Assembly (NCBI RefSeq): GCF_006345805.1
Contig: NC_043021.1
Span: forward strand, 11,160,001 to 11,224,000
Length of the DNA: 64,000 nt
Source of the DNA: Octopus sinensis
Taxonomy: Eukaryota
Reading direction: 5' to 3'
Positions 1 through 12,327 of this stretch are shown here, piece by piece. The position numbers and the translations under genes are program-made. Every line of letters starts with the position of its first letter. Positions within the stretch are counted from its first letter, which is position 1. Under the pieces are notes generated by a model. That model had not been told where the DNA came from. It did not search any database and saw only the letters and a list, made by a program, of their open reading frames with translations.

Positions 1-532
1 ATTTGTGTGTCTTTCCTTTCTCAAGACATTAAGATATTATTTGAGAGTAGTTTGGCTGCTATTTCTGTCAGGTGATGTGGCTTTTTTTTTTATCAGTCAT
101 ATTGCTGAGTCACCTGTACATGTCACCTGCCTGATTGTGTTACCTGTCCTAAAGGTAAGATATTTGTATTCTTAACCTTTATCCCACAAACAGGTGATTA
201 AAACTTTATGAGTTACTGAAGGTGTTTCTGTGTGGTTGCTTGAGGTCTAGAAATAGCAGCTGAGTCTCCCTGAAATCACACCTTCCTGCAGTAATTCACC
301 CCTTATCTTGTACATGTTTCAGTCATTAGACTGTGGCCATGCTGGGGCACTGCTTTGAATTTATAGACGAATGTATTGATGCCAGTAATTTATTTTTTTA
401 AGCCGGGTGCTTATTCTATTGATCACTTTTGCCGAACTGCTATGTTACGGAGGGGGTGGGACATGAACACACCAACACCCGTTGTCAAGTGGTGGAGCGG
501 TGGGGACAAACACAGACACACATACATAGACA

Positions 533-913
533 TCTCTCTCTATATAAACGGCAGTTTGTCTGTGCGTTTTCTGTGTGTCTGTTTGCTTGTACCCTCACCC
601 TGACCACGGCTTTCAACCGATTCTGATGAAACTTGACACACACATAGCCCAATGTCATAATTCAAAACTAACGCAGCGAAAATTTTGAAAAGTTCCCCCA
701 GTTCTGAAAAAAATTGATAAATTCGACATGGGGTCGAGAATCAGAAACACAAACCGCAAACTGTCTAGGGGACGCAACTCCACCTTTTTTAACTAAAAAA
801 AAAGTTACCATCATTTTTTTCCATTTTTTTGCTATTTTTTGGCTATAACTCTCTAAAAATGCTTTATAGTTATTTCCCTTACAAACGTGAGCAACGCCGG
901 GCGATACTGCTAG
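533..913 (+). mobile_element. Non-autonomous Helitron-like element
   Basis: 5' TC after A, subterminal GC-rich hairpin-like gagcaacgccggg, 3' CTAG followed by T; interrupts the microsatellite of a SINE. Confidence 0.6.
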
Positions 914-1992
914 TACATACATATATATAAAGACACTGCTTGCGAAGACCTGTTGAGGCAAGTGAAATCGAAATCAAATTCGATGACTGGCATCCGCACT
1001 AGTGGAGCATGATCGTTGCCAGAGCGGCTAACTGGCGTTTGTGCCGGTGGCATGTAAAAAGCACCATTCGAGCGTGATCGTCACTAGCATTACCTTACTG
1101 GCACTTGTGCCGGGATGCAGGTAACATGTAAAATAAAAAAAAAAAACGATTTTTTTTGTGGTCGTTGCCAGTACCACCTGACTGGCACGTAAAAGCACCC
1201 ACTACACTCTCGGAGTGGTTGGTGTTAGGAAGGGCATCCAGCTGTAGAAACTCAGCCAGATCAAGATTGGAGCCTGGTGCAGCCATCTGGTTCGCCAGTC
1301 TTCAGTCAAATTGTCCAACCCATGCCAGCATGGAAAGCGGATGTTAAACGATGACGATGATGATGATGATACGAAGGGTGTATGATAAGTCTTGAACTTC
1401 AAAAAAACAAAACATGGTACAAGACTTCTGATGAAGGTACAAGCCTGTAGGCTTATTGAAAATAATTATGAGCCACAGAAGCAGTTTTAATACCAGAAGG
1501 TAATATTTGGCCCCATTTAAAAGTGGATGTTGTCCTAGAACACAATACTGCAGTAGTTAACTCTAAGAGGACCTTTGATATGGGCTTTCGGTGCATATAA
1601 GCAATCTTGTTTATCTGTGTTATATCAATAAATAGTCATTCTGGAATTCAGTGTGCACACTCAAACACTTCCTCACTTACTCTCTCTGTCTGTCTGTCTC
1701 TCTCTGTCTCTGTCTGTCTCTCTCTCATACACTCATGCGTTTGCTCAGTTTCTCTCACATACATTCACTCTCTCTCTCTCTCCCTCTCCTCTTTCTCCCT
1801 GCCCCTCTCAGATTCAGTGTGTACGGACACACATGCAGAAATACTCTCAAATTCAGTGCTTGTACACATGCACATGTATGACACATGCACAGCACACACA
1901 TCTTTTGAATTAGGTAGGCACTCATCTTTTGAATTAGGTAGGCACAAACACACACACACAGTCTCTTAAATTCCATGTGCTTGCACACACAT

Positions 1993-2029
<37 letters not shown>

Positions 2030-2091
2030 CTCTTAAATTCCATGTGCGTGCACACACACACTCATGCTAACGCACACTTTTCTTTTATTAG

Positions 2092-2137
2092 TCGATGACA
2101 TTTCAACCACTGAAATACTTCTGTGCTTCTAAGAGAG
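2092..2137 (+). CDS. TMCO4: Candidate upstream TMCO4 exon with ATG at 2095 (MTFQPLKYFCASKR-G), in frame with the 8281 exon
   Basis: Branch-like CTAAC at 2067, T-rich tract plus AG at 2090-2091, consensus donor AG|GTGAGT at 2137/2138. Phase 1 matches the open frame 8281-8348. Confidence 0.5.
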
Positions 2138-3303
2138 GTGAGTTATTAGACAAACACAGACACATATACATATATATATATATATAGTTAATCCAAACAT
2201 GAAAACACAAAGAGAAAACACAACAACGCGAGGACGTGGAACAAATATAGTATTATTGGATGCTCAGGAAAGAAGGGAAGAAGAAAACAAAGGAGACAAA
2301 ACAGCTGTGATATTTAGCTCAGGACCTTTTTTCCTTTTTCATTCCAAGTTCATCTCTCTCTCAGGTCAACTTTGCTTTTCCTCCTTTTGAGCTAAGATAT
2401 CATCATCATCGTCATCGTTTTGTTGTTTTAACGTCCACTTCTCCATGCCTGCATGGGTCAGATGGAATTCGTTGAGGTGCATTTTTTTTTGCAGCTGGGA
2501 TGCCTTACCTGTCACCGACCCTCACTTGTTTCTGACCAAGGTAATATTTCCCCATGAGCAGGTGTATTTTTCCGTGGAATTATTACAAACCAAAGGACAT
2601 AACATTGTGTGATGGTGACGCTTGTTCACAACTGTCATGTGATGTCAAGGCAAGGAGACCCTCACACACATATACACATGTGTGTGTGTGTGTATTTTAT
2701 AGTCTTGCAGGTTACTTGGTGACCCTGTAAGTGCAGGTGCCACTTAAATAGCATCCAGTCCACACTGTAAAGTGGTTGGTGTTCAGAAGGGCATCCAGCT
2801 GTAAAAACCTTGCCAAAACAGACCTCACCTGTGCTTTTGCCAAGTAAAAAGCACTGCTGGGTGGTTGGTGTTAGGAAGGGCATCCAGCTGTAAAAATCCT
2901 GCCAAAACAGTCACAGAAGTCTGGGGTCGGATTCTGCCTGGCTGGCTCCTGTCAAACCATCCCACCCATGCCAGCATGGAAAGTGGATGTTAAATCATGA
3001 TGATGATGATAATATATATGGATATATATATATATATATTGTTTTTTCGTATTTATATTCGTGTAACATCATCCATTTTTCCGTCCTTGTTTCGTATACA
3101 TTCAAAGCTTTTTTCCAAGGAATCTAATGTTCTTAGCTTAGTTTTTCCTTGGGGCTGGCCAGATTGGAGCAATCTCAAGATTAATCAGTCGAAATTGCGA
3201 GGATGATCCTGTTCTTGACTGAAGATTAACGGCTTCGAATGACCTGTCCGTGTTTTTTGTATCGTCTTCTGGATGTTTTGCGTTCTTGTCCCATTTTGTA
3301 ATT

Positions 3304-3362
<59 letters not shown>

Positions 3363-5156
3363 CATATATATGTGTGTGTATATATCATCATCATCAACAT
3401 GTAACACCCGTTTTCCATATGCCGGCATGGGTTGGATGACTTGACAGGAACTAGCCGTACCTGGTTCCATCATCTGTTTTGGTTTGGTTTCTACAGCTGG
3501 ATGTCCTTCCTAATGCCACCTAGTTTTTCATGTGCATACTGGCTGCTTTTTACATGGCACAATCACCAGTGCTTTTTATGTGGCACCTTGGTTTTAGGAT
3601 CTCAATTCTGTTGTGGTGGGCAGGTCTTCTGAAGTACAGCAATGTGCTACATATCTGTCATCTGTCACCATCGTAAAGCTTAGCGATTTGAGACCAATTT
3701 TCAATAGTTTGTCCCATGTCTTTCTGGGTCTCCTCTTCCACAACTTCCTTCCACTTTACATGTTTCAGTCATTTGACTGCAGCCATGTTGGAGCACTGCC
3801 ATATAGGAGTGGCTGTGTGGTAAGAAGCTTGCTTACCAACCACATGGTTCCAGGTTCAGTCCCACTGTGTGGAACTTTGGGCATGTGTCTTCTACTATAT
3901 AGCCTCAGGCCGACCAAAGCCTTGTGAGTGGATTTGGTAGAAGGAAACTGAAAGAAGCCCATCGTGTATATATATATATATATAACGGGAAGCTTTATGA
4001 AAGTAGACAAAAGACGAAGGCAGGTGGAAAACAAACAAACAATTGTATTAGTATGGCGCTCAGGAAATATAAATAAAACAAGTCTTTAACATTTCGAGCC
4101 TATGCTCTTCAACAGAAAGATACACAGAGAAAAAAAACACAGAAAGAAGGAGAGAAAAAAAATGCGTGCAGTAACTAACGAATCAACATGGCGATCTGAT
4201 TTCGGCCAGAGGTCAAAGATCAAACATGAGACGCGATATATATGTGACCGCGTGTGTACTGTTTTTTTCCTCTGTCTTTCCTTCTCCTATGTTTCCGATG
4301 AAGAGCTCCGCTCGAAATGTAAAACCCTCCTTCTTCCCTTCCTTCCTGAGTGTCCAATAATACTATATTTGTTCCACGTCCTCGCGTTGTTGTGTTTTCT
4401 CTTTGTGTTTTCTCTTTGTGTTTTCATGTTTGGATTAACTATATATATATATGTATATGTGTCTGTGTTTGTTGCCCAACATCGCTTGACAACCAATGTT
4501 GGTGTGTTTACGTCCCTGTAACTTAGGAGTTCGGCAAAACAGACTGATGGAATAAGTACTAGGCTTACAAAGAATAAGACCTGGGATCGATTTATCATTC
4601 AGCTAGTGTTAGGAACATAAATTGTGACTAAGCTTTGGTGGAAGATTTTAATCCAAAACTTATGAAAAGAAGACATTTGCACTCAGAGCCAGAACCGGTT
4701 TCAGCCAGGTCGGTAACAAAAGGGTTAATTCTCGTTTGGATACACGCAACTGCATGATGGGCAGTGCATGTATGTTCCATTCTGGGTATGGTTCAATGCC
4801 TTTCCTGACACTGGTCTTTTTTCCACGAAGAGTATAGAGTGCAGTGTATTGTAACCACCAGCGTCAGTGAAGTTTTGCCTTCTGCATTTTCAGTGCTAAC
4901 CAGATTTCCATTGCTTTCTGATTTTCTTTTTGTTCTGTGCATTTCTATGAATCTGGTTCTTTTACTTGTTACTTCATGAATAAACATGAATTTATAAATA
5001 CCTTCCTTCTCCGACCGAATTTTGTTTTCTGTTTTTTCCTGTCCTTACCTCACCTGCCTCTCCTTCACCCCCCTGTTTCCTCTTTCCCCTCACCTTTCAC
5101 TCTAAATATATATATATATGTACATGCATAGATAAATATATATATTTATGTATGTA

Positions 5157-5189
<33 letters not shown>

Positions 5190-5727
5190 GTGTGTATATA
5201 TATTTATGTACGTATAATATAGTGTTTTAAGAGAGTATTCACTAATTAGCTATGTTAATAGTATTCATTAATTAGGTTAGGTCATTACATTCATACACAT
5301 TGTGACACACATACAGAAAAAATATTACACAAACACAAACTGATGATGCAGTAGCCATATATATATATATATACATACACATATGTGCACTCATATTTAT
5401 AAAAAGATGTGTGTGCATGTATGTATATATATACGTAGGCATTCGCACACGGTTACATACACTTAAATACATACTAAAAGGTTTGGTTAAGCCCTCTACT
5501 CCATGTATATTTATGTCAAATTCCATAGTATACAACTACTGATGACCTTGACAAATATATGAACACAACCACATTGTGTGTGTATATATGTATGTATACA
5601 TATATATATATATATATATATGCATACATTCATATATACACATACAAACATACACAAATATATACATACAAATATATATACGTGTGTATATATACATATA
5701 CATACAAACATAAATATACATACATGC

Positions 5728-5758
<31 letters not shown>

Positions 5759-5827
5759 TACATACAAACAAAAATATATATACATACATAACCCATGCTA
5801 GCATGGAAAGCGGACGTTAAATGATGA

Positions 5828-5861
<34 letters not shown>

Positions 5862-6856
5862 TCTTTTACTTGTTTCAGTCATTTGACTGTGACCATGCTG
5901 GAGCACCAACTTTAGTAGAGCAAATCGACCCCAGGACTTATTCTTTGTCACCCTAGTACTTATTCTATCGGTCTCTTTTGCTGAACCGCTAACTTACGAG
6001 GACGTAAACACACCAGCATTGGTTGTCAAGCGATGTTGGGGGACAAACACAGACACACAAACATATATATATATACATATATATGACGGGCTTCTTTCAG
6101 TTTCCGTCTACCAAATCCACTCACAAGGCTTTGGTTGGCCTGAGGCTATAGTAGAAGACACTTGCCCAAGGTGCCACGCAGTGGGACTGAACCCGGAACC
6201 ATGTGGTTGGTAAGGTATATATAAGTATGTGTGTGTGTATACGTTTGTGTGTCTGCGTTTGTCTCCCCAGCATCGCTTGACAGCCGATGGTGGTGTGTTT
6301 ACGTCCCCGTAACTTAGTGGTTCGGCAAAAGAGACCGATAGAATAAGTACTAGGTTTACAAAGAATAAGTCCTGGGGTCGATTTGCTCGACTAAAGGCGG
6401 TGCTCCAGCATGGCCACAGTCAAATGACTGAAACATGTAAAAGAGTAAAAAGAGTATAACTTTCTATATGTATTCCATACAATAAGGTTATCCTGAAATA
6501 GGCATTGCAGTTCTATTGGGAAAATCCCAAATTTGTAATAATATATATATACTCCAGGCCGACCAATGCCTTGTGAGTGAATTTGGTAGACGGAAACTGA
6601 AAGAAGTCTGTTGTATATATGTATATATATAATATATATATATATATATATGTGTGTTTGTCCCCCTAGCATTGCTTGACAACCGATGCTGGTGTGTTTT
6701 CGTCCCCGTCACTTAGCGGTTCGGCAAAAGAGACCGATAGAATAAGTACTGGGCTTACAAAGAATAAGTCCCGGGGTCGATTTGCTCGACTAAAGGCGGT
6801 GCTCCAGTATGGCCGCAGTCAAATGACTGAAACAATTAAAAGATAAAAGATAAAGA

Positions 6857-6905
<49 letters not shown>

Positions 6906-7501
6906 TACATACATACAGATATATAGATATATATACACAAATACATATGTGAGAATATTTAGGCCAGATACGGCCAGTTTGAATGTTAAAGAATTATAAT
7001 GCTGTTAATATATGTACACATATATATGACACATACTTATGATTCTCTTTGCAGGTCAGCTGACCAGTGCATCCCATGACAACTGTTTTCTATGAGCATC
7101 TGATTGCCAGAAACAATGTGTTTGGAGAAAGAATATACTGTATGCATATAGTTATCAGAGTATGTAATTCTTTGAATTGTCTTTTTATGTTAACTGTACT
7201 TAAAATATGATTGTGTGTGTATGTGTGTGTGAGTATGAAACGACATATCTTTATTTTGACTGATCATACCAAGCTAATTTTATGTGGTTTTGGTCTTCCA
7301 TACATAGTGTTTGTGTGTGTGTGTGTGTTTATATATATGTGCAGCTGTGGCTGTGTGATAAGAAGCTTGCTAACCAACCACATGGTTTGGGGTTCAGTCC
7401 CACTGCGTGGCATCTTGGGAAAGTGTCTTCTGCTATAGCTTCAGGTTGACCAAAGCCTTGTGAGTGGATTTGATAGATGGAAACTGAAAGAAGTCTGTTA
7501 C

Positions 7502-7573
<72 letters not shown>

Positions 7574-8280
7574 ATTTTTGTTTGACCCCCCCCCCATTGC
7601 TTGACAACTGATGTTGGTGTGTTTATGTCCCCGTAACTTAGCAGTTTAGCTAAAGGTATCAATAGAATAAGTACCAGGCTTACAAAGAATAAGTCCAGGG
7701 GTTGCATTACTTCGACTAAAAGGCGGTGCTCTGGCGTGGCCCCAGTCAAATGACTGAAACAAGTAAAAGAACATATATATATATATATCATCGTCATCAT
7801 TTATATATATATATATATATATCATCATCATTTAATGTCCGTTGTCCATGCTGGCATGGGTTGGACAGCGTGACTAGAGCTGACAAGCTAGTGGTTCTGG
7901 GGCCTGCACCAGACTCAAGTCTCATTTGGCAGGGTTTCTACAGCTGGATGCCCTTCCTAACACCAACCACTTTACTGAGTGTGCTGGATGCTTTTACATG
8001 ACCCAACATGGGTGCTTTTATAATAATAATAATCTTTTGTACTATAGGCACAAGGGTTGAAATTTTGTGAAGGTGGGCTAGTTGATTATATTGACCCCAG
8101 TGCAAAACTGGTGCTTATTCTATCAACTCTGTAAAGAAGTTGACCTTGGCGGAATTTGAATTCAGAACGTTAAGGCTCATGAAATGCTGCTAAGTATTTT
8201 GCCAGGTGTGCTAACGATTCTGCCATCTCACCTATTTTTTTTTTTTAATAACAATGTCTATTGATTTTCTTTTTCACCAG

Positions 8281-8587
8281 GTGCCATTGGTTACGTTAAA
8301 GTTCTGACATCTGAGGTGTGGGCTTCGAACAAGAAACCTTCAACAGGGATGGCCACTTCTACTGAGGCCAGTTCCACAGAGGCCAGTCCTACTGAGACCA
8401 CTTCTAATGAGGCCAGTTCTACTGAGGCCAGTTCAACTAAGGATGTGCCCAATGCAGACCCTGGAGAAGATCTGAAGGCTAAACCAGTCACATGTACTCT
8501 CAAACAGATGACCGATGCCGGACAGTTCTCATACTCCAGTATTTGTGCTCTGGGACTGAAGGTACTCTTTGATGACAAATGGCATCA
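8281..8587 (+). CDS. TMCO4: TMCO4 exon (acceptor 8280; ATG 8349; [14 protein letters not shown]...LFDDKWH)
   Basis: ttttcaccag acceptor, CA|gtaagt donor, open frame. Confidence 0.85.
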
Positions 8588-9029
8588 GTAAGTAGACATT
8601 GAGATGTGTATTTATATGTATATGCCTGTGGTCCGTGTGTATATGTGTGCATAGCTGTCTCTGTGTGTGTGTCCCCACATTTATGTATATGTGTGTATGT
8701 ATGAGGAAGTGCTGAAAAGTTATTGTATTGCAAAAGGCCTGGCTAGAGGCAGCTGGACTGGCTCCTGTGCAGGTGGGACGTGAAAAACACCATTTGAGCG
8801 TGGCCGTTGCCAGTACCGCCTGACTGGCCCTCATGCCGGTGGCACATAAAAGCACTCACTACACTCTTGGAGTGGTTGGCATTAGGAAGGGCATCCAGCT
8901 GTAGAGACTCTGCCAGATCAAGATTAGAGCCTGGTGCAGCCATCTGGTTCGCTAGCCCTCAGTCAAATCGTCCAACCTATGCTAGCATGGAAAGCGGATG
9001 TTAAATGATGATGATTATTATTGATGTTG

Positions 9030-9076
<47 letters not shown>

Positions 9077-9674
9077 TCATCTGCTGCTATGTTCTGAGTT
9101 CAAATTCTGCTGAGGTTGACTTTGCCTTTCATCCTTTCGGGGGTCGATGAAATAGGTACCAGTTATGCACTGGGGTTGATGTAATCGACTAGCCTTCCCC
9201 CAACCACCACTTCCCCCCCAAATTTTCAAGGCTTTGTGCCTAGAGTAGAAATAATGATTATTATTATTATTATTATTATTATGAGGTTGACTTTGCCTTT
9301 CATCCTTTTGGGGTCAATGAAATAAGTACCAGTTATGCACTGGGGTTGATGTAATCGACTAGCCTTCCCCCAACCACCACTTCCCCCCAAATTTTCAAGG
9401 CTTTGTGCCTAGAGTAGAAATAATGATTATTATTATTATTAAGATGGTGAGCTGGCAGAATTGTTAGTTTGCTGAGAAAAATGCTTAGTGGTAATTCGTC
9501 TGTCTTTACATTCTGAGTTCAGCTGAGGCTGACGTTGAGTTTCATTCTTTCAGGGTCGATAAAATAAGTACCTGTTAAGCACTGGGGTCAATGTAATCGA
9601 CTTAACCCCTCCCATGAAATTGCTGGCCTTGTGCCAAAATTTGAAACCATTATTATTATTATTATTATTATTAC

Positions 9675-9720
<46 letters not shown>

Positions 9721-11456
9721 TTAGGTCATATAAAAATGATGTATTGACGAAAATCTTCAATTATTTTGATCAACCTAAACAGGTGGGTTTTTTTCAATTA
9801 AGCGTTATATTATCTTCTTAATTACATAACACAATATTTTCTGGGTATTGCTGGCTATAAGTAAATACAAAATGTGTATTCAAATACTGACAACATAAAA
9901 CAGTAATATAAAAAAATATATATTCAAATACAGATACTGATCAATTGTGGAGAGAAAAATATATCTCTCAGTTGCTTGCGTTTTTGATTAAAATAATAAA
10001 TCAAATATTTCTGGTAATTATGAAGGCCCTCATGCTTTCCGAAATCCGCCGAAACTACACCTGATTATATATACACTTTAGATGAGTTGTAGTGCACCTG
10101 AGCACTGTACACAATTATTATTATTATTATTATTATTATTAAAATGTGTTGTGAGTGTAGTTAACGCTGTGTAACATGATTTTTGTCCTTGGATATCAAA
10201 CTGTTATTTCCTATTTGCTGACACCTAGAAAGTATGATAAATGGCTCATATTTCCTTCAGACTTTGCTTTTGTTGTCATCATCATCATCGTCATCGTTGT
10301 TGTCGTTTAACGTCCGTTTTCCATGCTAGCATTGGTTGGACGGTTCGACCAGGGTCTGGGAAGCCAGGAGGCTGCACCAGGCTCCAGTCTGATTTGGCAG
10401 TGTTTCTACGGCTGGATGCCCTTCCTAACGCCAACCACTCCGAGAGTGTAGTGGGTGCTTTTTACGTGCCACCGGCACAGGTGCCAGAGGAGGCTGGCAA
10501 CGGCCACGATTGGTTACTTGGAGGAGGAGAGGGGGAGGAGGGACGGAGGATAAGGGGAGGGGTGGAGGGGAAGAAGAAGAAGAAAAGAAGGTGGAGCTAC
10601 TGTTGTCTTTTCTTTGCTTCTTAATTATTATTTTAATTAGATTTTTGATGATCACTACATTAATAGGTTAACAGGATCAGGGCTAACCGAGGGTTAAATT
10701 ATGATAACAGCAGCAACAGTGATGATGATAACATCATTAAAATGTTCTAGAAATTCTTGAAACTTCTGGAAAGTGCTACAAAATTATGCTCCAGCAACTC
10801 AGCACTGAATTCAAACCCCAAAGAATCCCCCTCAACACATGGCTATGGTACTTCCCTGCTACTTTTGCTCATCATCAGAGATCCATATATTGTCATTCAC
10901 TAAGGGACCTGATCAAGAGGTTAAGGTCAAACAACTGACAAAGCAATTCTGTGGTATTGAGCAGAATATGTGCTGTAATGATATTTCTGCTTCAGCAGCT
11001 TGGCACTGAATCTGTCTGAAATGTAATGGAAAATAGATTAGATCTCTATGTTGCCAGAATGTTCTAGGAATTCTTGAAAGTTCTAGAAATTTCTACAAAA
11101 TTGTGCTTCAGCAACTCAGCACTGAAATGAAATGGAAAATAGGTCAATTTCAAAACATTGACATCCAGGTCACACGAGCAAAGTTTGAAGGGAAGAGTAG
11201 TGATTTCCTTTGATTTCTAGATAGAAGCAAATAGGAAATAACACTTACTGACCAAAGACAGAAAAAAAAAAAAAAATTGTTATACAGGCAAGGAGTGGCT
11301 GTGTGGTAAGTAGCTTGCTTACCAACCCCATGATTCCAGGTTCAGTCCCACTGCGTGGCACCTTGGGCAAGTGTCTTCTACTATAGCCTCGGGCTGACCA
11401 AAGCCTTGTGAGTGGATTTGGTAGACGGAAACTGAAAGAAGCCCATCGTATATATG

Positions 11457-11489
<33 letters not shown>

Positions 11490-12286
11490 CTGTGTTTGTC
11501 CCCCCAACATTGCTTGACAATTGATGCTGGTGTGTTTACGTCCCTGTAACTTAGCGGTTCGGCAAAAGAGACTGATAAAATAAGTACTAGGCTTCCAAAG
11601 AATAAGTCCTGGGGTCGATTTGCTCGACTAAAGGCGGTGCTCCAGCATGACCACAGTCAAATGACTGAAGCAAGTAAAAGAGTAGAGTAAAACTAGTTTT
11701 TAAACATTAAATGATTATGGGGGTGGGGTTTCACCAGAATAAAATAGTAATCACAGGGGTCCTTGGATAGAAAAAAACAATGGTTGAAAACCCCTGATGC
11801 AGACTATTTTTGATATCTATGGTGTAAGTATAGGTTCACTATGTTTACGTATCTTTACCAACATACAAATCAGTTTAGTGTAAACATGTAGTCTAATCAA
11901 CATCTTTCCAAATCCTGGTGCATTTAGCATGGAATTTTTGGTCCTCCGAAGTCATCCTGGTGCATAAGTTGACCTACATTTTTTTTTTGTTTTTTTTGAT
12001 TAGTCAGTTTTATTCAGAAAAATTTGACTTGTATCCTGGAATCTTTGTTAAATGTTCTTATGGTTCTTTATTATTACTCTTTTTACTCTTTTACTTGTTT
12101 CAGTCATTTGACTGTGGCCATGCTGGAGAACTGCCTTTAGTCAAGCAAATCGACCCCGGGACTTATTCTTTGTAAGCCCAGTACTTATTCTATCGGTCTC
12201 TTTTGCCGAACGGGGACGTAAACACACACAGCATCGGTTGTCAAGCAATGCTAGGGGACAAACACACACACACATACACACACAAC

Positions 12287-12327
<41 letters not shown>

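Noticed and set aside
72-154. Possible 5' UTR exon ending AAG|GTAAGA
   Set aside because: Good donor but poor acceptor context within repeat-like sequence at the window edge; unsupported
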